From a virus (lineage: Duplodnaviria > Caudoviricetes), in the IMG/VR virus record IMGVR_UViG_3300012983_000031, positions 96,001-160,000 of that record: 64,000 nt of DNA; one strand, 5' to 3'. How positions within the stretch are numbered: the stretch's first letter is position 1; every line of letters begins with the position of its first letter. Of the stretch, positions 21,869-33,013 are shown in pieces. Below the pieces are notes generated by a model. It worked only from the letters and a program-made list of their open reading frames with translations, had not been told where the DNA came from and did no database searches. The position numbers and the translations under genes are program-made.

Positions 21869-24328
21869 ATGTCACAAAAAATTAATTTTTCGGACTATCC
21901 TGCCTCTGGTGTTTATTTTGTTGAGATTGATAATTCTATAATCACATCGTCAAATGTGCAGAGTGCTCTTCGTATGGCTGTTGGTTTTAACATGCAAGGA
22001 CCGTTCAACCGTCCTGTGTACATTTCCAACACAGACGAGATCAACAAGTTGTTTGGTGGTATAGACAAGAAGATGGAAAATCGTGGATGTTTCACTAATA
22101 GAAATATCCGCACAATGATTAAGAAGTCTCCAATCTATGTGATGAATCTTCTCAATGTTGACACTAGTGACACAGATACAAACAAGGACACTGTTGGGTA
22201 TACACTGCTTTCTTTAGATTCTAGTATTGCTTCAAAGACAACAACTGCACCTTATGCTTTCATGTATGATAGGACACGTTTCTGGATTGCTGATGATGAT
22301 GCGTTTGTTGAGAACAACTTTGTGAAAGGTTCAAAAGAAATGGTTACTCCATCAAAGGTAACAACTGTTTCCGAAGGTGCTCTTCTTGGTATTTCTAACT
22401 GTGGTACAAAGGATATTTCTGTCATTGTTAGAAAATCAGAAGCAGTTCAGGGTTATAATGTAACGTTCCTTGATTATTATGGCAACCAGGATGATATTCC
22501 ATATAAGTGGATTAATCCTAATGATTTCATTTCGGATTATTTCATAGATGTAATTCTTATAGCTGGTAATTGGGACAAATCTAAGTATGATGCGTTCTCA
22601 AGTGACGTTGTTTGGTCGAACTACTTCACGCCAGATGGTTTGAAGAAAGATAAGATCAATAAATTCCTTCGCCTTGACGCTGTTAATATGATCGGTTCAT
22701 GGACAGGATGTATCCTTCCAAACTTTACAGATAAGCAGGGAAACATTAAATCCATTGATTATCTCGTTAATAAGAAATGCAATGAGACTGGTCTCATGTT
22801 TGGTGTAAACCAAAAGGCGCTTGAGCTTATTAATCGTGATGGTTCTACATACTATTATGACTATGATGGTGATGGAGAAAAGGGAACAGGCGATAAGTAT
22901 GCGAACTTTATACCTGATCTTGTTGGTAACAATTTAACTACGTCAACAACAAATACATTCACGTTCCTTTCATGCAATATTAAAACACCTAAAAATTATA
23001 TTTTTGATTGCAGCACAAAAATTGGATCAGTTGATAGCTCAACGCAATTTATTTTAGATTCTTCTGCTGGATCAAAGGTTAATATAGGTGATTATGTTCG
23101 TTCAAAGGGCGGAAGCATGACACGTATTATTAAGAAGCGTGGATCACAATCAGGAACTACAGTTTCATATACATTTACTGCGGCTGATATTGTTTTAGAT
23201 TCTTCTACAAAGCAGTCTGTTGAAATTCATAAATCATATCAGGAGATGTATGATACTGTTACGTTGTTTGCCCTTACTGGTCTTAAGATCTGTAATAGAC
23301 ACATGCCTGGATATGATGCAAATGGATCAGTTGATGAGGAAGCTGGTGTAGAAAAGATTTATGCGATGCTTGAAGATAAGGGAATTCGCAGAGGTTTGTT
23401 GAATAATGATTCTATTGATTTCCGTTACATTGTTGACACAATGGCTTATGGTCTTCGTGAGAATTGTGGTGGTAAAGTTCACCTTGCTAATTTAGCCCTT
23501 GATAAGAAACATTGTACGGCACTTATCAATGCTCCATCAATGACACAGTTTGCACAATCAGATCAGCCATTCTTTGGTGATACATATGATAAGTCACTTG
23601 GACAGGCTAGACCAACATTTGATGTGGCTTATATTCCACAGGGAGGTAATCAAGATATGGTTTATAGTTCTGATACACAGTCGTTTACGTTACCAGATTT
23701 TGAAAATGGTGCAGATCATGTAGGTGTGTTCGCTCCATTCTTCAAGTATGCTGACGGACAACGCACAATTCTTGTTCCTCCTGCAGCAGATGTGTCTAAC
23801 ACATTCATGAATAAGTTCACAGGTGGCGATCCTTACAAGACTGTTGCAAATATGAATGGTATCATTAATAATGGACAAATCAGAGGAATGGAATTTGATT
23901 TTGACACAAATGACCGTGGTAACCTTGAGCCATTTGGTATCAATCCAATTATTAATCGCAATGGAAACATAGTGATTTATGGTGACAGAACCGCTTATCA
24001 GATTGTTAACTCTGATTTAAGCTTCCTCCATGTTCGTGAACTTCTGAATACAATTCAGATTAGCTGTAAGGCTGTTCTTGATGATTATGTATTCACATAT
24101 AATATTCCTACAACTCGTGCTGAAATCGTTACACGCATCAATCCTATCCTTAGCCAAATGAAAGACTCTGGAGCTCTTGTGAAGTATGAGATTGAATGCG
24201 ATGACCTCAATAACGACAAGGAAGTAATTGATAATAAATTCTGTATCGTTGATATTGGTGTATGGATCTCTCAAAATATGGAGAAGATTGTTGTGCCTAT
24301 CACACTTAACCGATCAACGACCGCGTAA
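21869..24328 (+). CDS. Tail sheath protein (gp18-like)
   Basis: SGVYFVEID N-terminus, GPFNRPV, C-terminal GINPI...IYGDRT...LHVREL...CDDLNNDKEVID. Confidence 0.92.
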   Translation: MSQKINFSDYPASGVYFVEIDNSIITSSNVQSALRMAVGFNMQGPFNRPVYISNTDEINKLFGGIDKKMENRGCFTNRNIRTMIKKSPIYVMNLLNVDTSDTDTNKDTVGYTLLSLDSSIASKTTTAPYAFMYDRTRFWIADDDAFVENNFVKGSKEMVTPSKVTTVSEGALLGISNCGTKDISVIVRKSEAVQGYNVTFLDYYGNQDDIPYKWINPNDFISDYFIDVILIAGNWDKSKYDAFSSDVVWSNYFTPDGLKKDKINKFLRLDAVNMIGSWTGCILPNFTDKQGNIKSIDYLVNKKCNETGLMFGVNQKALELINRDGSTYYYDYDGDGEKGTGDKYANFIPDLVGNNLTTSTTNTFTFLSCNIKTPKNYIFDCSTKIGSVDSSTQFILDSSAGSKVNIGDYVRSKGGSMTRIIKKRGSQSGTTVSYTFTAADIVLDSSTKQSVEIHKSYQEMYDTVTLFALTGLKICNRHMPGYDANGSVDEEAGVEKIYAMLEDKGIRRGLLNNDSIDFRYIVDTMAYGLRENCGGKVHLANLALDKKHCTALINAPSMTQFAQSDQPFFGDTYDKSLGQARPTFDVAYIPQGGNQDMVYSSDTQSFTLPDFENGADHVGVFAPFFKYADGQRTILVPPAADVSNTFMNKFTGGDPYKTVANMNGIINNGQIRGMEFDFDTNDRGNLEPFGINPIINRNGNIVIYGDRTAYQIVNSDLSFLHVRELLNTIQISCKAVLDDYVFTYNIPTTRAEIVTRINPILSQMKDSGALVKYEIECDDLNNDKEVIDNKFCIVDIGVWISQNMEKIVVPITLNRSTTA

Positions 24329-24355
24329 AACTAAAAGTAATTAAGATTAATAGAT

Positions 24356-24991
24356 ATGGCAAGTGATGGAACTGGAATGACATCTGTCGGTTTGATGGGT
24401 CTTCCTCATTTTAAGACATCTCGTGTTTCAATGGAGATGTACGAGCCTGTTTATCAAAACTTGTTTACTGTAGAGATTCAGCTCCCAAAAGGTCTTACTG
24501 GAACAGGCGGTGTATCGGAAGAAGATAAGAACCTGCTTTTGGAAGGTGTTCAAAACGTGAAGGGTCTTGACACGAATAAGGTTCCTGGTGCTGTTGATAC
24601 ACAGACATATAAGGGAGCTCAACGTAGCTTCGCACAGTCTGTGACAGACAAGACCAATATCGACGTGACAATGGACTTTGAGATCAACGTTCGTGGTTCT
24701 GCCGATGGTACACCAGACCTTTACACACTGAAGATTCTTAGACGTTGGAATGATCTTATTTGGGATCCTCTCACAGGTAGACAGGGATTGAAGGTAAACT
24801 ATGTTGCTCCTTCTGTTACCGTGACTATTCACGATAAAGCTAATCAACCGTTCTGGCAATGGATTTTGTACAACGTTTTCCCAACAACAAATCTGCCACA
24901 ACCAGACTTAGATTATGCGAACAAGAATAGTTTGTATAAAGTTACAAATTATACATTACGTTGTGACTACTGGGATGAAACATTCCTATAA
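24356..24991 (+). CDS. Tail tube protein (gp19-like)
   Basis: Directly after the sheath; NLFTVEI, WILYNVFPT, LDY, CDYW motifs. Confidence 0.85.
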   Translation: MASDGTGMTSVGLMGLPHFKTSRVSMEMYEPVYQNLFTVEIQLPKGLTGTGGVSEEDKNLLLEGVQNVKGLDTNKVPGAVDTQTYKGAQRSFAQSVTDKTNIDVTMDFEINVRGSADGTPDLYTLKILRRWNDLIWDPLTGRQGLKVNYVAPSVTVTIHDKANQPFWQWILYNVFPTTNLPQPDLDYANKNSLYKVTNYTLRCDYWDETFL

Positions 24992-25045
24992 TTTGATGAA
25001 AGTCAAACAGTTGTTCACACGACTATTATAATTTCCTCCTTTCTT

Positions 25046-25083
25046 GAGATGGCTGCACAAAAAATGCAGCCATTTCTTTTTAT
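25046..25083 (+). terminator. Rho-independent terminator
   Basis: GAGATGGCTGCA/TGCAGCCATTTC stem plus T-tract. Confidence 0.8.
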
Positions 25084-25139
25084 GCAAATTTAGCAATTAT
25101 CGAAAATTCAGATAAATAGTGTAAATCTAACGCCAACAG

Positions 25140-28100
25140 ATGCAAACAAATACAGTCCAGATATTATCAAGTATAAATGCGACGGTTAAGCAAATAGCAG
25201 ATTTAATGGCTCCAAAGAATGGATCCAGTGCGGAAGCTACAGCTAAACTGTCTAAAGGTGATCTGCACACAAAAGCTGATGTGAATCCAGCTGGCGACAA
25301 GATGAAAGACAATTTATCCACAGAAAATATTGGAAACATAGTAATTGCACTTAATCGTCTTTCTCCTGCAGTTTTGGCTACTGCAAAACTTTCAGGTAAA
25401 ACCGTCAATGGATTCAATAAGGTGATTAATGCTATTATAAACAGCGTTAAGAAACTAACCGAATGTGCGAACGAAAACAAAGACGTTGCTGAAAAGACAA
25501 AAGTTCTGACTGAATCAATCGACATTCTTGCAACAAGCATGAAGAAACTTCCAGCGCTCGCGCTTACAGCACCGTTGGCAATTGTCGCTCTTGGCTTAAC
25601 AAAGGTTGTCATGGAGACGCTTATTATAGTTGTTAAGACTGTTGACAAGATTGATAACGTAAATGAGAAAATAAAGAGCCTGAATGGATTAACAAGTGTT
25701 ATCGATCCTATCATGAAATTCACACTTAAAGCAACTGCGCTTGTTGCGATTTGTATCGGTCTTGGCGTTTTGCTTAAGTTGGGTCAGACTCGTGATTTGA
25801 TCATTGGCGGACTCCAGGTGTTAGGTATGGTGCTTGGAACAATGACTGTAATCATATTGCTTGTCGGTTTGGCTGGTAAGGTTATAAAGGGTGTTGGTGC
25901 GTTCTCATCACTTAGAGATATAACAATGTTAACACTTTCTTCCATTCTTCTTCTTGTTGCTTGTGTTGGCATAGGCGTGTTCATTAACAAGTATGGAGGA
26001 TGGAAATATATCTTGGATGGTTTAGCTGGATTGGGCGCGACGATTCTTCTTTTAGGATTTACGTTCTGGCTAATGGGTGCTGTCGGTAAAGTTGCTCTGT
26101 CAAAAGAGGTTATATCAGGATATTGGGGAATATATCTTTTAACAATTGCTTCCATTGTTCTTATTGTTGCCGCGAAATTCCTTGGTGACTTTGTTACTGA
26201 AAATGTAGGTGATATTCTTATTGGGCTCGTTTCTGTTGGTGTTGTGATGGTCGGTCTTATATTCCTTGCCAGATTTGCAGCAGGATCAAAAACGGCAACA
26301 AGAGAAGGATTAATCGCACTTGCAGGAATGGAGCTTATTGCGCTTGGTGCAATGATCGTTGTTCTTGCTGCATGGGGTCTTGCCAAACTTATTGGAGATG
26401 ATTGGGATAAACTTGCAGCTGCTGTTGGCGCAGCAATCATTGTTGTTGCCATGTTTGGTGTTTTGGCGTGGGCGGCAGGCACAATGAAAGAAACGCTTAT
26501 TGCAGGTATAGGAGCTGTCGCACTGGTTGAATTACTTGCGGTTGGTGCCATTGGTGTTGTTTATGTGACAATTCTTTTGCATCAATATATGGATCAAAGC
26601 GGATTGAACTGGGGTGATGTATACATAGATTCTCTTGCGATGCTTGGCATCGTAAGTGTTTGGGGTCTTGTTGCTTTAGGTGCTGGTTTCGTTGCAGAAT
26701 TTATTGCACTTGGTGCCCTTGCAATGGCGTTAATTGAACTACTAATATGTGGTGCGATTGAAGTAACAAAACGGCTTATTGATTTACATAATACAATGAC
26801 CGATCAAGGAATCACATGGGAAATTGTTGTTAATGATGTTATTGGAATAACAGACTTTTTGTATGAGTTTGGAAAGTTTGCAGCGTTGGCTGGTTTGCTT
26901 GTAGGACCATTAACATTGGGAAATTTTGCTCTTGGACTTTGTGAAATCGTATTGACTGGTGCAATAGGTATAGCACATATGCTTATTAAATTACATAAGG
27001 TAAAAGAAGAAGCTGGCGTAGGGTGGATTGAACTTGAAAAAGATGTACTTGGTATGGCAATGATAATTGGTACGTTCGCTGTACTTGCTGCAGCTGCTAT
27101 CCCTTTAGCTGCGCCTATTTTACTTGCAACTCCAGCTATGTGGAGCGTATCAGCATTTTCTGTTGTTGTTATTGCTGTGATAACTAGTATGTTATCTATT
27201 AAAAAAGCAATTGATGTTGGTGGTGGACAGGCTGCTCTTGTGAAGACACTTACACAAGATATACCTAAGATAATGCAATCAATTAATCCAAATAATTTTA
27301 GTCCAGGGATAGGATTAATTGAATTAGGAAAACTCAATGCCAAATATGCCCTCGTTGCAACGTTAATGTTGGGTATATGGGATATTGTAGATTCGATCAC
27401 AAAAATTGCTCAGTTGTCTGGTGCTGTGGATGAGCAAGGGAACATACGACCTGTGCTTAATATAAATCCGTTCACTGGAGAAGTAAAGTATGGTGAAAAG
27501 GTTAACCTTGTGAACGTTTCTACGCTTATAGGAAACGCTGTTAGAGCATTTGCTGATAATACTCAATTTACGTTCCAGGATATAAAGAATGCGTTTAAGT
27601 CAGCAATTATGTTTGAAGTTATTTCAACAATGATAGATCCTATCACAAAATTTGTTGAAATGCTGACACATTATAAGAGCACATCTGACAATGAGCTTAT
27701 TCCTCTTTATATTGATGAACAAGGAAATGTGAAAACTGGAGAACCAGTAAAGGTTGTTGATGTTGCGAACATTATAGCTAATACAATTAGTGCGTTTGTT
27801 AGTAGTCTTTATGCAGAAGAACATACACAGAAATGGTCTGAAATAATGTATGGAGATAAGGGATTCATCGCCAGAACGTTAGGATACAAAACAGCAAAGG
27901 CAAGATCTGTTGAGGATGCAGCTGGTGTTCTTGGTATCGTGATAGAACCTATCACAAAATTCATAGATATGCTTGTGACTTTGCAGGCATCTGCAGATGG
28001 AAAGAAACTTGCAAAACTAGAATTAGATTCAGAAGGAAACGTTAAAACTGGAGAATTTGTTGATGTTGCCAACATTGCATCAGTTATATCAAATGTCATC

Positions 28101-28970
28101 ACTACATTTGTAACGAAACTTTATGAAAAATCAGATCAATGGAAAAATCAATCCTATCTAAACGGAGCAGTCCTTGCTGCACTTATAAAACCTATTAGCA
28201 CAATGATAGGTTACGCAAAAGAGCTGTCAGGAGAAGATATTAATGTTGATAAAATAAAATCAAGCACAGATGCAATCATTTATGCCAACATTGGAATAAT
28301 TACATCTCTTACATCAATTGATCCATTGTCGTATTCATCTGCTTATTCGTCAATGAAACAGGTTCTTGGTATCGCTACTGATTTGACGAACAATATAGAT
28401 AGGCAGAAAATTCTTGTAAACAGTAAAGCGATCACAACGTTCGTGACGGATGTTGTAGAGAAAAAGTTTAATAAGAATATTAAAACAATAACTACATTTG
28501 CAGCAAGCATAAAAACTTTGAAGAAACAGTTCAAGGATCTTGATGACATTCTTACAAAGGATGAACAGAAACGTGAAAGGGCAATGGATAACTTCACAGA
28601 TAGAGTGAAGGTTATTGTTGAAACATTGGGAGAATCAAAAGATGACATAAATAATTTCCTCGAACTTCTTAGAAAGACAGAAGAGTTCAATCCTAACAGA
28701 GGAGGAGGAACAGTAACACCAGATGAAAATAGAAGTGGAGGTGGAGCATTTAGCGGTTGGGGCAATCAAGTGCGTTCAGTTGTTGATAATGCTGTCAGTC
28801 CTCCAAAACAAGAGGAAACTCCAGCAACACAGCAATTTGATGTTACGGCTTTGGCGAATGCTTTTGCATCAGCATTGCACAATACACTTAATAATGCTAC
28901 TATTGATGATAATAATGATGATACAAAAGATTACACTTTACGTCTTGTTGGTGGATTAGGAGAAGGTTAA
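25140..28970 (+). CDS. Tape-measure-like protein with a very long hydrophobic region
   Basis: 1276 aa, Ala/Gly/Leu-rich helical repeats, lies between tail tube and baseplate genes, late promoter at 25110. Confidence 0.65.
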   Translation: MQTNTVQILSSINATVKQIADLMAPKNGSSAEATAKLSKGDLHTKADVNPAGDKMKDNLSTENIGNIVIALNRLSPAVLATAKLSGKTVNGFNKVINAIINSVKKLTECANENKDVAEKTKVLTESIDILATSMKKLPALALTAPLAIVALGLTKVVMETLIIVVKTVDKIDNVNEKIKSLNGLTSVIDPIMKFTLKATALVAICIGLGVLLKLGQTRDLIIGGLQVLGMVLGTMTVIILLVGLAGKVIKGVGAFSSLRDITMLTLSSILLLVACVGIGVFINKYGGWKYILDGLAGLGATILLLGFTFWLMGAVGKVALSKEVISGYWGIYLLTIASIVLIVAAKFLGDFVTENVGDILIGLVSVGVVMVGLIFLARFAAGSKTATREGLIALAGMELIALGAMIVVLAAWGLAKLIGDDWDKLAAAVGAAIIVVAMFGVLAWAAGTMKETLIAGIGAVALVELLAVGAIGVVYVTILLHQYMDQSGLNWGDVYIDSLAMLGIVSVWGLVALGAGFVAEFIALGALAMALIELLICGAIEVTKRLIDLHNTMTDQGITWEIVVNDVIGITDFLYEFGKFAALAGLLVGPLTLGNFALGLCEIVLTGAIGIAHMLIKLHKVKEEAGVGWIELEKDVLGMAMIIGTFAVLAAAAIPLAAPILLATPAMWSVSAFSVVVIAVITSMLSIKKAIDVGGGQAALVKTLTQDIPKIMQSINPNNFSPGIGLIELGKLNAKYALVATLMLGIWDIVDSITKIAQLSGAVDEQGNIRPVLNINPFTGEVKYGEKVNLVNVSTLIGNAVRAFADNTQFTFQDIKNAFKSAIMFEVISTMIDPITKFVEMLTHYKSTSDNELIPLYIDEQGNVKTGEPVKVVDVANIIANTISAFVSSLYAEEHTQKWSEIMYGDKGFIARTLGYKTAKARSVEDAAGVLGIVIEPITKFIDMLVTLQASADGKKLAKLELDSEGNVKTGEFVDVANIASVISNVITTFVTKLYEKSDQWKNQSYLNGAVLAALIKPISTMIGYAKELSGEDINVDKIKSSTDAIIYANIGIITSLTSIDPLSYSSAYSSMKQVLGIATDLTNNIDRQKILVNSKAITTFVTDVVEKKFNKNIKTITTFAASIKTLKKQFKDLDDILTKDEQKRERAMDNFTDRVKVIVETLGESKDDINNFLELLRKTEEFNPNRGGGTVTPDENRSGGGAFSGWGNQVRSVVDNAVSPPKQEETPATQQFDVTALANAFASALHNTLNNATIDDNNDDTKDYTLRLVGGLGEG

Positions 28971-28993
28971 TTTTAAATAATAAATAATTCATA

Positions 28994-30865
28994 ATGGGTA
29001 AATTGGATTTTAAAATATTCAAGACCAATAGGATAGGTCTTACACAAATGTATCAGGATGTAACAAATTACATCAAGACTGTGTACAAAGCGAACGACAA
29101 GGATTTCACAGCAGCGTCGCCGTTCGCGCAAATTCTTAATGTTATTTTGAATCTTGGTAGAATGATATTGTTCTATATTGAGAACTCTATCACTGAGATG
29201 AACATTAAGACAGCATATCAGGCAAGATCCATAAAAGGTTTGGCAACATTGACAGGTCATATGCCATCAATGGGTATAGCTTCACGAGGTGCTGTTTATC
29301 TTACTTACAATATGTCATCTGATTACGAAGGATCAACCGTGTTCATTAAGAATTACACGAAGATAACAAATGGAGCGAATGGTCTTCCTTATCTTCTTAT
29401 ATTCCAGTCTCCAGAGCTTCAGGTTACTGTTGGCGCACATGATTCGAAGATAGAGGTTCCTATTATTCAGGGTGAATTAAAATATCAGCAGGCGACTGGT
29501 ACAGGCGAAGCATTGCAGTCATTTAATTTCGCAAACAAGACGGATGGAATAATTGACGATTTCTTCCTTAACGTTTATGTAAACGGGAAACGTTGGGAAA
29601 CTGTTAAATCCATACTTGATATGAGTTATGAACAAGAAGCTTGTATAGTTAGACCTAGCTTAAATGGAGGTGTGGATGTGTTCTTTGGTACAGGAAACAA
29701 CGGAAAGATTCCATTTGTTGGAGCAACAATAATCTGCGAATATATTGTGTGTGGCGGAGAAAGCGGAAATGTTGAAAATGTAAGTGACGAAAACTATTGG
29801 GTGTTTGCTGATTCAGGTACAGATATGAATGGCGATTATGTTGATCTTAACAGCATATATAACATTTCGTCAGCATCAGATATTTTATTCGGCGCATCTG
29901 GGGAGAGTATAGAGATGACAAGACAACTTGCACCTCATGCATCAAGGAATTTTGTTTTTGCGAACCCAATCAATTACAAGACGTTCTTGTCAAAGCTTAA
30001 TATATTCTCAATAATCGATGTGTTCTCTGGATTCAACACTAAAGAGGATCAAAAGATAGAGGAAGAGTACAATGACCTTAAGGCTAAATACAACACGACA
30101 AAGCAGCTTTATTCGGATCAAATACAATTAAGCGGAATCTCGTCGAAGGCTGCACAGGATATACTTGAGGAACTTAATCAGATGAAACTTGAGCTTGATG
30201 CGATGAAGATTAAGTATGATGAATCAAAAATGGACGATAACATCATATACCTGTATCTTATTCCTGATATAAGCAAGCGTCTTGCTTCTGGTGAGAATTA
30301 TTTTACATGTTCTGAAAACAGATTCAAGCTCACTGATGATGAGAAGAAAAACATAATCGAACTCATAGATAAATCGGGACAGAAGATCATAACAGTTGAC
30401 AATAAGATTATAGATCCAGTGTATGTTAGATTCGCAATGAACATTTTCATACAGATGTGGGATGAATATGATTTCAATGCTGTTAAATCGGAAATAATAT
30501 CACAAGTGTCCGATTATCTCATTAACAATGAACGCCGTGATAGGATACCTGTTTCAGATTTTATTAGGGTTATAGAGATGATTGATGGAGTAGATTCTGT
30601 GTCCGTGTTCTTTGATGCGGATAAGAACAATCAGAACTATTTCGGAAGAGGCAATTACGGCATCGATGATTACGGAGATATTGTACTTACAAGATCAATG
30701 AGGGATAGATTTGGTAATATATTGGATATCAATGATATACAACCTATATTCAGAGGTAATTTCACATCAGCGAATGGTGTATATTATGAAGATAATATCA
30801 ATTCTCTTGTAGGTCCTATTAACATCACATTGAGAGGCAGGACAAAAAAGATTCAAAAAACATAA
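28994..30865 (+). CDS. Baseplate wedge subunit (gp6/J-like)
   Basis: TAYQARSIKGLA, VFFGTGNNGKIP, YIVCGGESGN and GESIEMTRQLAP motifs typical of gp6. Confidence 0.8.
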   Translation: MGKLDFKIFKTNRIGLTQMYQDVTNYIKTVYKANDKDFTAASPFAQILNVILNLGRMILFYIENSITEMNIKTAYQARSIKGLATLTGHMPSMGIASRGAVYLTYNMSSDYEGSTVFIKNYTKITNGANGLPYLLIFQSPELQVTVGAHDSKIEVPIIQGELKYQQATGTGEALQSFNFANKTDGIIDDFFLNVYVNGKRWETVKSILDMSYEQEACIVRPSLNGGVDVFFGTGNNGKIPFVGATIICEYIVCGGESGNVENVSDENYWVFADSGTDMNGDYVDLNSIYNISSASDILFGASGESIEMTRQLAPHASRNFVFANPINYKTFLSKLNIFSIIDVFSGFNTKEDQKIEEEYNDLKAKYNTTKQLYSDQIQLSGISSKAAQDILEELNQMKLELDAMKIKYDESKMDDNIIYLYLIPDISKRLASGENYFTCSENRFKLTDDEKKNIIELIDKSGQKIITVDNKIIDPVYVRFAMNIFIQMWDEYDFNAVKSEIISQVSDYLINNERRDRIPVSDFIRVIEMIDGVDSVSVFFDADKNNQNYFGRGNYGIDDYGDIVLTRSMRDRFGNILDINDIQPIFRGNFTSANGVYYEDNINSLVGPINITLRGRTKKIQKT

Positions 30866-30881
30866 AAATAATTGCCAAAAT

Positions 30882-30917
30882 TTTAATCGTTTTTCAAAAA
30901 CATCAGTATAATAATGT
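30882..30917 (+). promoter_or_regulatory. Putative phage middle promoter TTTAATCGTTTT-N12-GTATAAT
   Basis: Second copy, upstream of the clamp-like gene. Confidence 0.65.
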
Positions 30918-30996
30918 AGAGGGAGATTAAAAAACTCTCTCTACTTTCACAGAGAAGAATTTACATTATTGTTTCATTTTTAAAATATCATTCTAA

Positions 30997-31923
30997 ATGA
31001 CATTAAAACTAAACATGAACGGAAGTGCCGAACCGTTCTTAAACTATCTTAACAGGTATCTCAAGATAAGAGATTCACTGCTTCTTGAAATCGACACAAA
31101 CAAACGTGCGTTCGTCGCAAAAACTTTCACTGAGGACAAATCCTCAATTCTTTTCTCATCACTCATGTTTGACGATGCCAACATCAAGATTATTTCAGAT
31201 GATGGCGAAGCAGAAAGAGGCGATAACCGTATTAAAATCGGTATCCTTGTTCAGCTTGCAAAATTTATCAAGATCGTTAAGCAGTTATCAAATCTCACTT
31301 CCAAAGTTGTGCAGAAGGAAGTAACAGAAGGCGAAACAAAGGTAGAAAAGAAAGAAACAATTTCTAACTTTAACATCGAAATTGAATATGATGTTCTTGT
31401 CAATCAAAAAGATAAGAGCACAAATTTCGTCGCTACATCAACGTATTTTAAGTCAGATAAACTTAAAATGAGACTTGACGGTTTCCGTATCTCAGAGTTC
31501 TCATATTTGTCTGATGAAGTGTTCAAGAACCAGGTGTTCTATGCAGAAGATGCTGTTACTCTTGAAATTACAGCAGCAGCGATTAATGACATCATTAAGA
31601 TATCTGACATCGTGAAGTTTGATGCACGAAAGGATGCACTTATATTCTACACAAAGGATAAAACGTTGTTCGTTGAAGACCGTGGTAACGGTACAGAGGG
31701 GAAACCTAACTTTGTTTACAACATTGGTGAACTTGATGCTGAACCACAATGTTCTGTTTCTATACCGCTTACGCGCGAACGTTTTATCAGAATGCTTGGA
31801 AATGCCAGTGAGGATTTTAAGATCATCATAGGGAAGAGCAGCAACGGCAGTGTCGATAGATTATTGTTCGATTCTGTGACATCTACTACAAAAATAGCTA
31901 TTGCGGCTATGCAGAATTTCTAA
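30997..31923 (+). CDS. Probable DNA sliding clamp (gp45/PCNA-like)
   Basis: Two repeated helix/strand domains, size and ending (KIAIAAMQ) resemble clamps; shares a promoter class with PolB. Confidence 0.5.
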   Translation: MTLKLNMNGSAEPFLNYLNRYLKIRDSLLLEIDTNKRAFVAKTFTEDKSSILFSSLMFDDANIKIISDDGEAERGDNRIKIGILVQLAKFIKIVKQLSNLTSKVVQKEVTEGETKVEKKETISNFNIEIEYDVLVNQKDKSTNFVATSTYFKSDKLKMRLDGFRISEFSYLSDEVFKNQVFYAEDAVTLEITAAAINDIIKISDIVKFDARKDALIFYTKDKTLFVEDRGNGTEGKPNFVYNIGELDAEPQCSVSIPLTRERFIRMLGNASEDFKIIIGKSSNGSVDRLLFDSVTSTTKIAIAAMQNF

Positions 31924-31954
31924 CATAACAGTTTAAAATTAAACCTTTATCAGC

Positions 31955-33013
31955 ATGAAAGCTACAATATATTCACATATTAAACCATTAGACGATTTCG
32001 ACTGGAGTATTTATGATGACGGATACAACGGGAAAAACCTGATTGTGAATTCACGAATTCGTACAAATAATGGAACAAAGGTGTATTGTCATGAATCATA
32101 TGCGAACGAAATGTATGACAAGTTCGAGGGCAAGATGGGCGGACAGGTATATACATCAAAGGATCAAATCAAGGGAAATATTTATAACATTAAGGATATA
32201 ATCAAGATTTCAAAGAATGAAGTTCGCCTTGATACAGATGGTGGCGGTTCCGCTGTTGTCGATCTTAACAAGGAGCATCAATTCATTGAAACTCTTGGTG
32301 TAAATACTGTTTCAGAGTTTATGATTGCTCTTGATGATCCAGAGAATAAGAAGATTGTTCTTAACTATGCAAAGAACGCAAAGGTTGTTGCGAATAGAGT
32401 GTCCATTTGGGAGGGCATTCGATACAACATTGAGAAAGACTTCATGGATCAGTTGGTGAACGGGCAGACAAAGGGATACACTGCGAAGATTCTCATGATT
32501 AATAACGGTGGTTATACTGTCGACATTAATGGTGTGAAGTGCTTCCTACCAGGTTCTTTGGCTGCAAGCGGTCCAATTGATGACTTTGAATCTCTTCTTG
32601 GAAAAAATGTCAATGTTTGTGTAGTTAACTACTCAAAGAACACAAATAACTTTGTCGTATCACATAAGAAATATCTTGAACTCACTCTTCCAGATAGAGT
32701 CAAGGAAATGTTATATCCAGGTCTCAAGGTTTATGTTAAGGTTACAGGCATTTCAAAAAATGGTATGTTCTGTGCCATTCGTGATGATAATGGGGATTTC
32801 CCATATTCAAGCCTTATGCATCGTAGCATGATGTCACCAGAGCAGGAAAGCAATTTTGATAAGGGTGAATTCTCTGTTGGAGATTGCTTCTATGCGTATA
32901 TTCAACGCGTTGACTGGAGCGATAACGGAAACTTCAGGATATATGTGTGCGACCAGAAATCATATTGTAAAATCGAACAAGAAGATTTAATAGAAGATGG
33001 ATCAACAAATTAA
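31955..33013 (+). CDS. Ribosomal protein S1-like protein (S1 RNA-binding domains)
   Basis: NGGYTVDINGVKCFLPGS...VVSHKKYL matches bS1 domain 2; a further S1-like domain follows. Confidence 0.75.
   Translation: MKATIYSHIKPLDDFDWSIYDDGYNGKNLIVNSRIRTNNGTKVYCHESYANEMYDKFEGKMGGQVYTSKDQIKGNIYNIKDIIKISKNEVRLDTDGGGSAVVDLNKEHQFIETLGVNTVSEFMIALDDPENKKIVLNYAKNAKVVANRVSIWEGIRYNIEKDFMDQLVNGQTKGYTAKILMINNGGYTVDINGVKCFLPGSLAASGPIDDFESLLGKNVNVCVVNYSKNTNNFVVSHKKYLELTLPDRVKEMLYPGLKVYVKVTGISKNGMFCAIRDDNGDFPYSSLMHRSMMSPEQESNFDKGEFSVGDCFYAYIQRVDWSDNGNFRIYVCDQKSYCKIEQEDLIEDGSTN

Noticed and set aside
25127-28765. Long minus-strand ORFs opposite the tape-measure-like gene
   Set aside because: Antisense shadows caused by codon bias in an Ala/Val/Ile-rich gene; no promoter or protein-like motifs.
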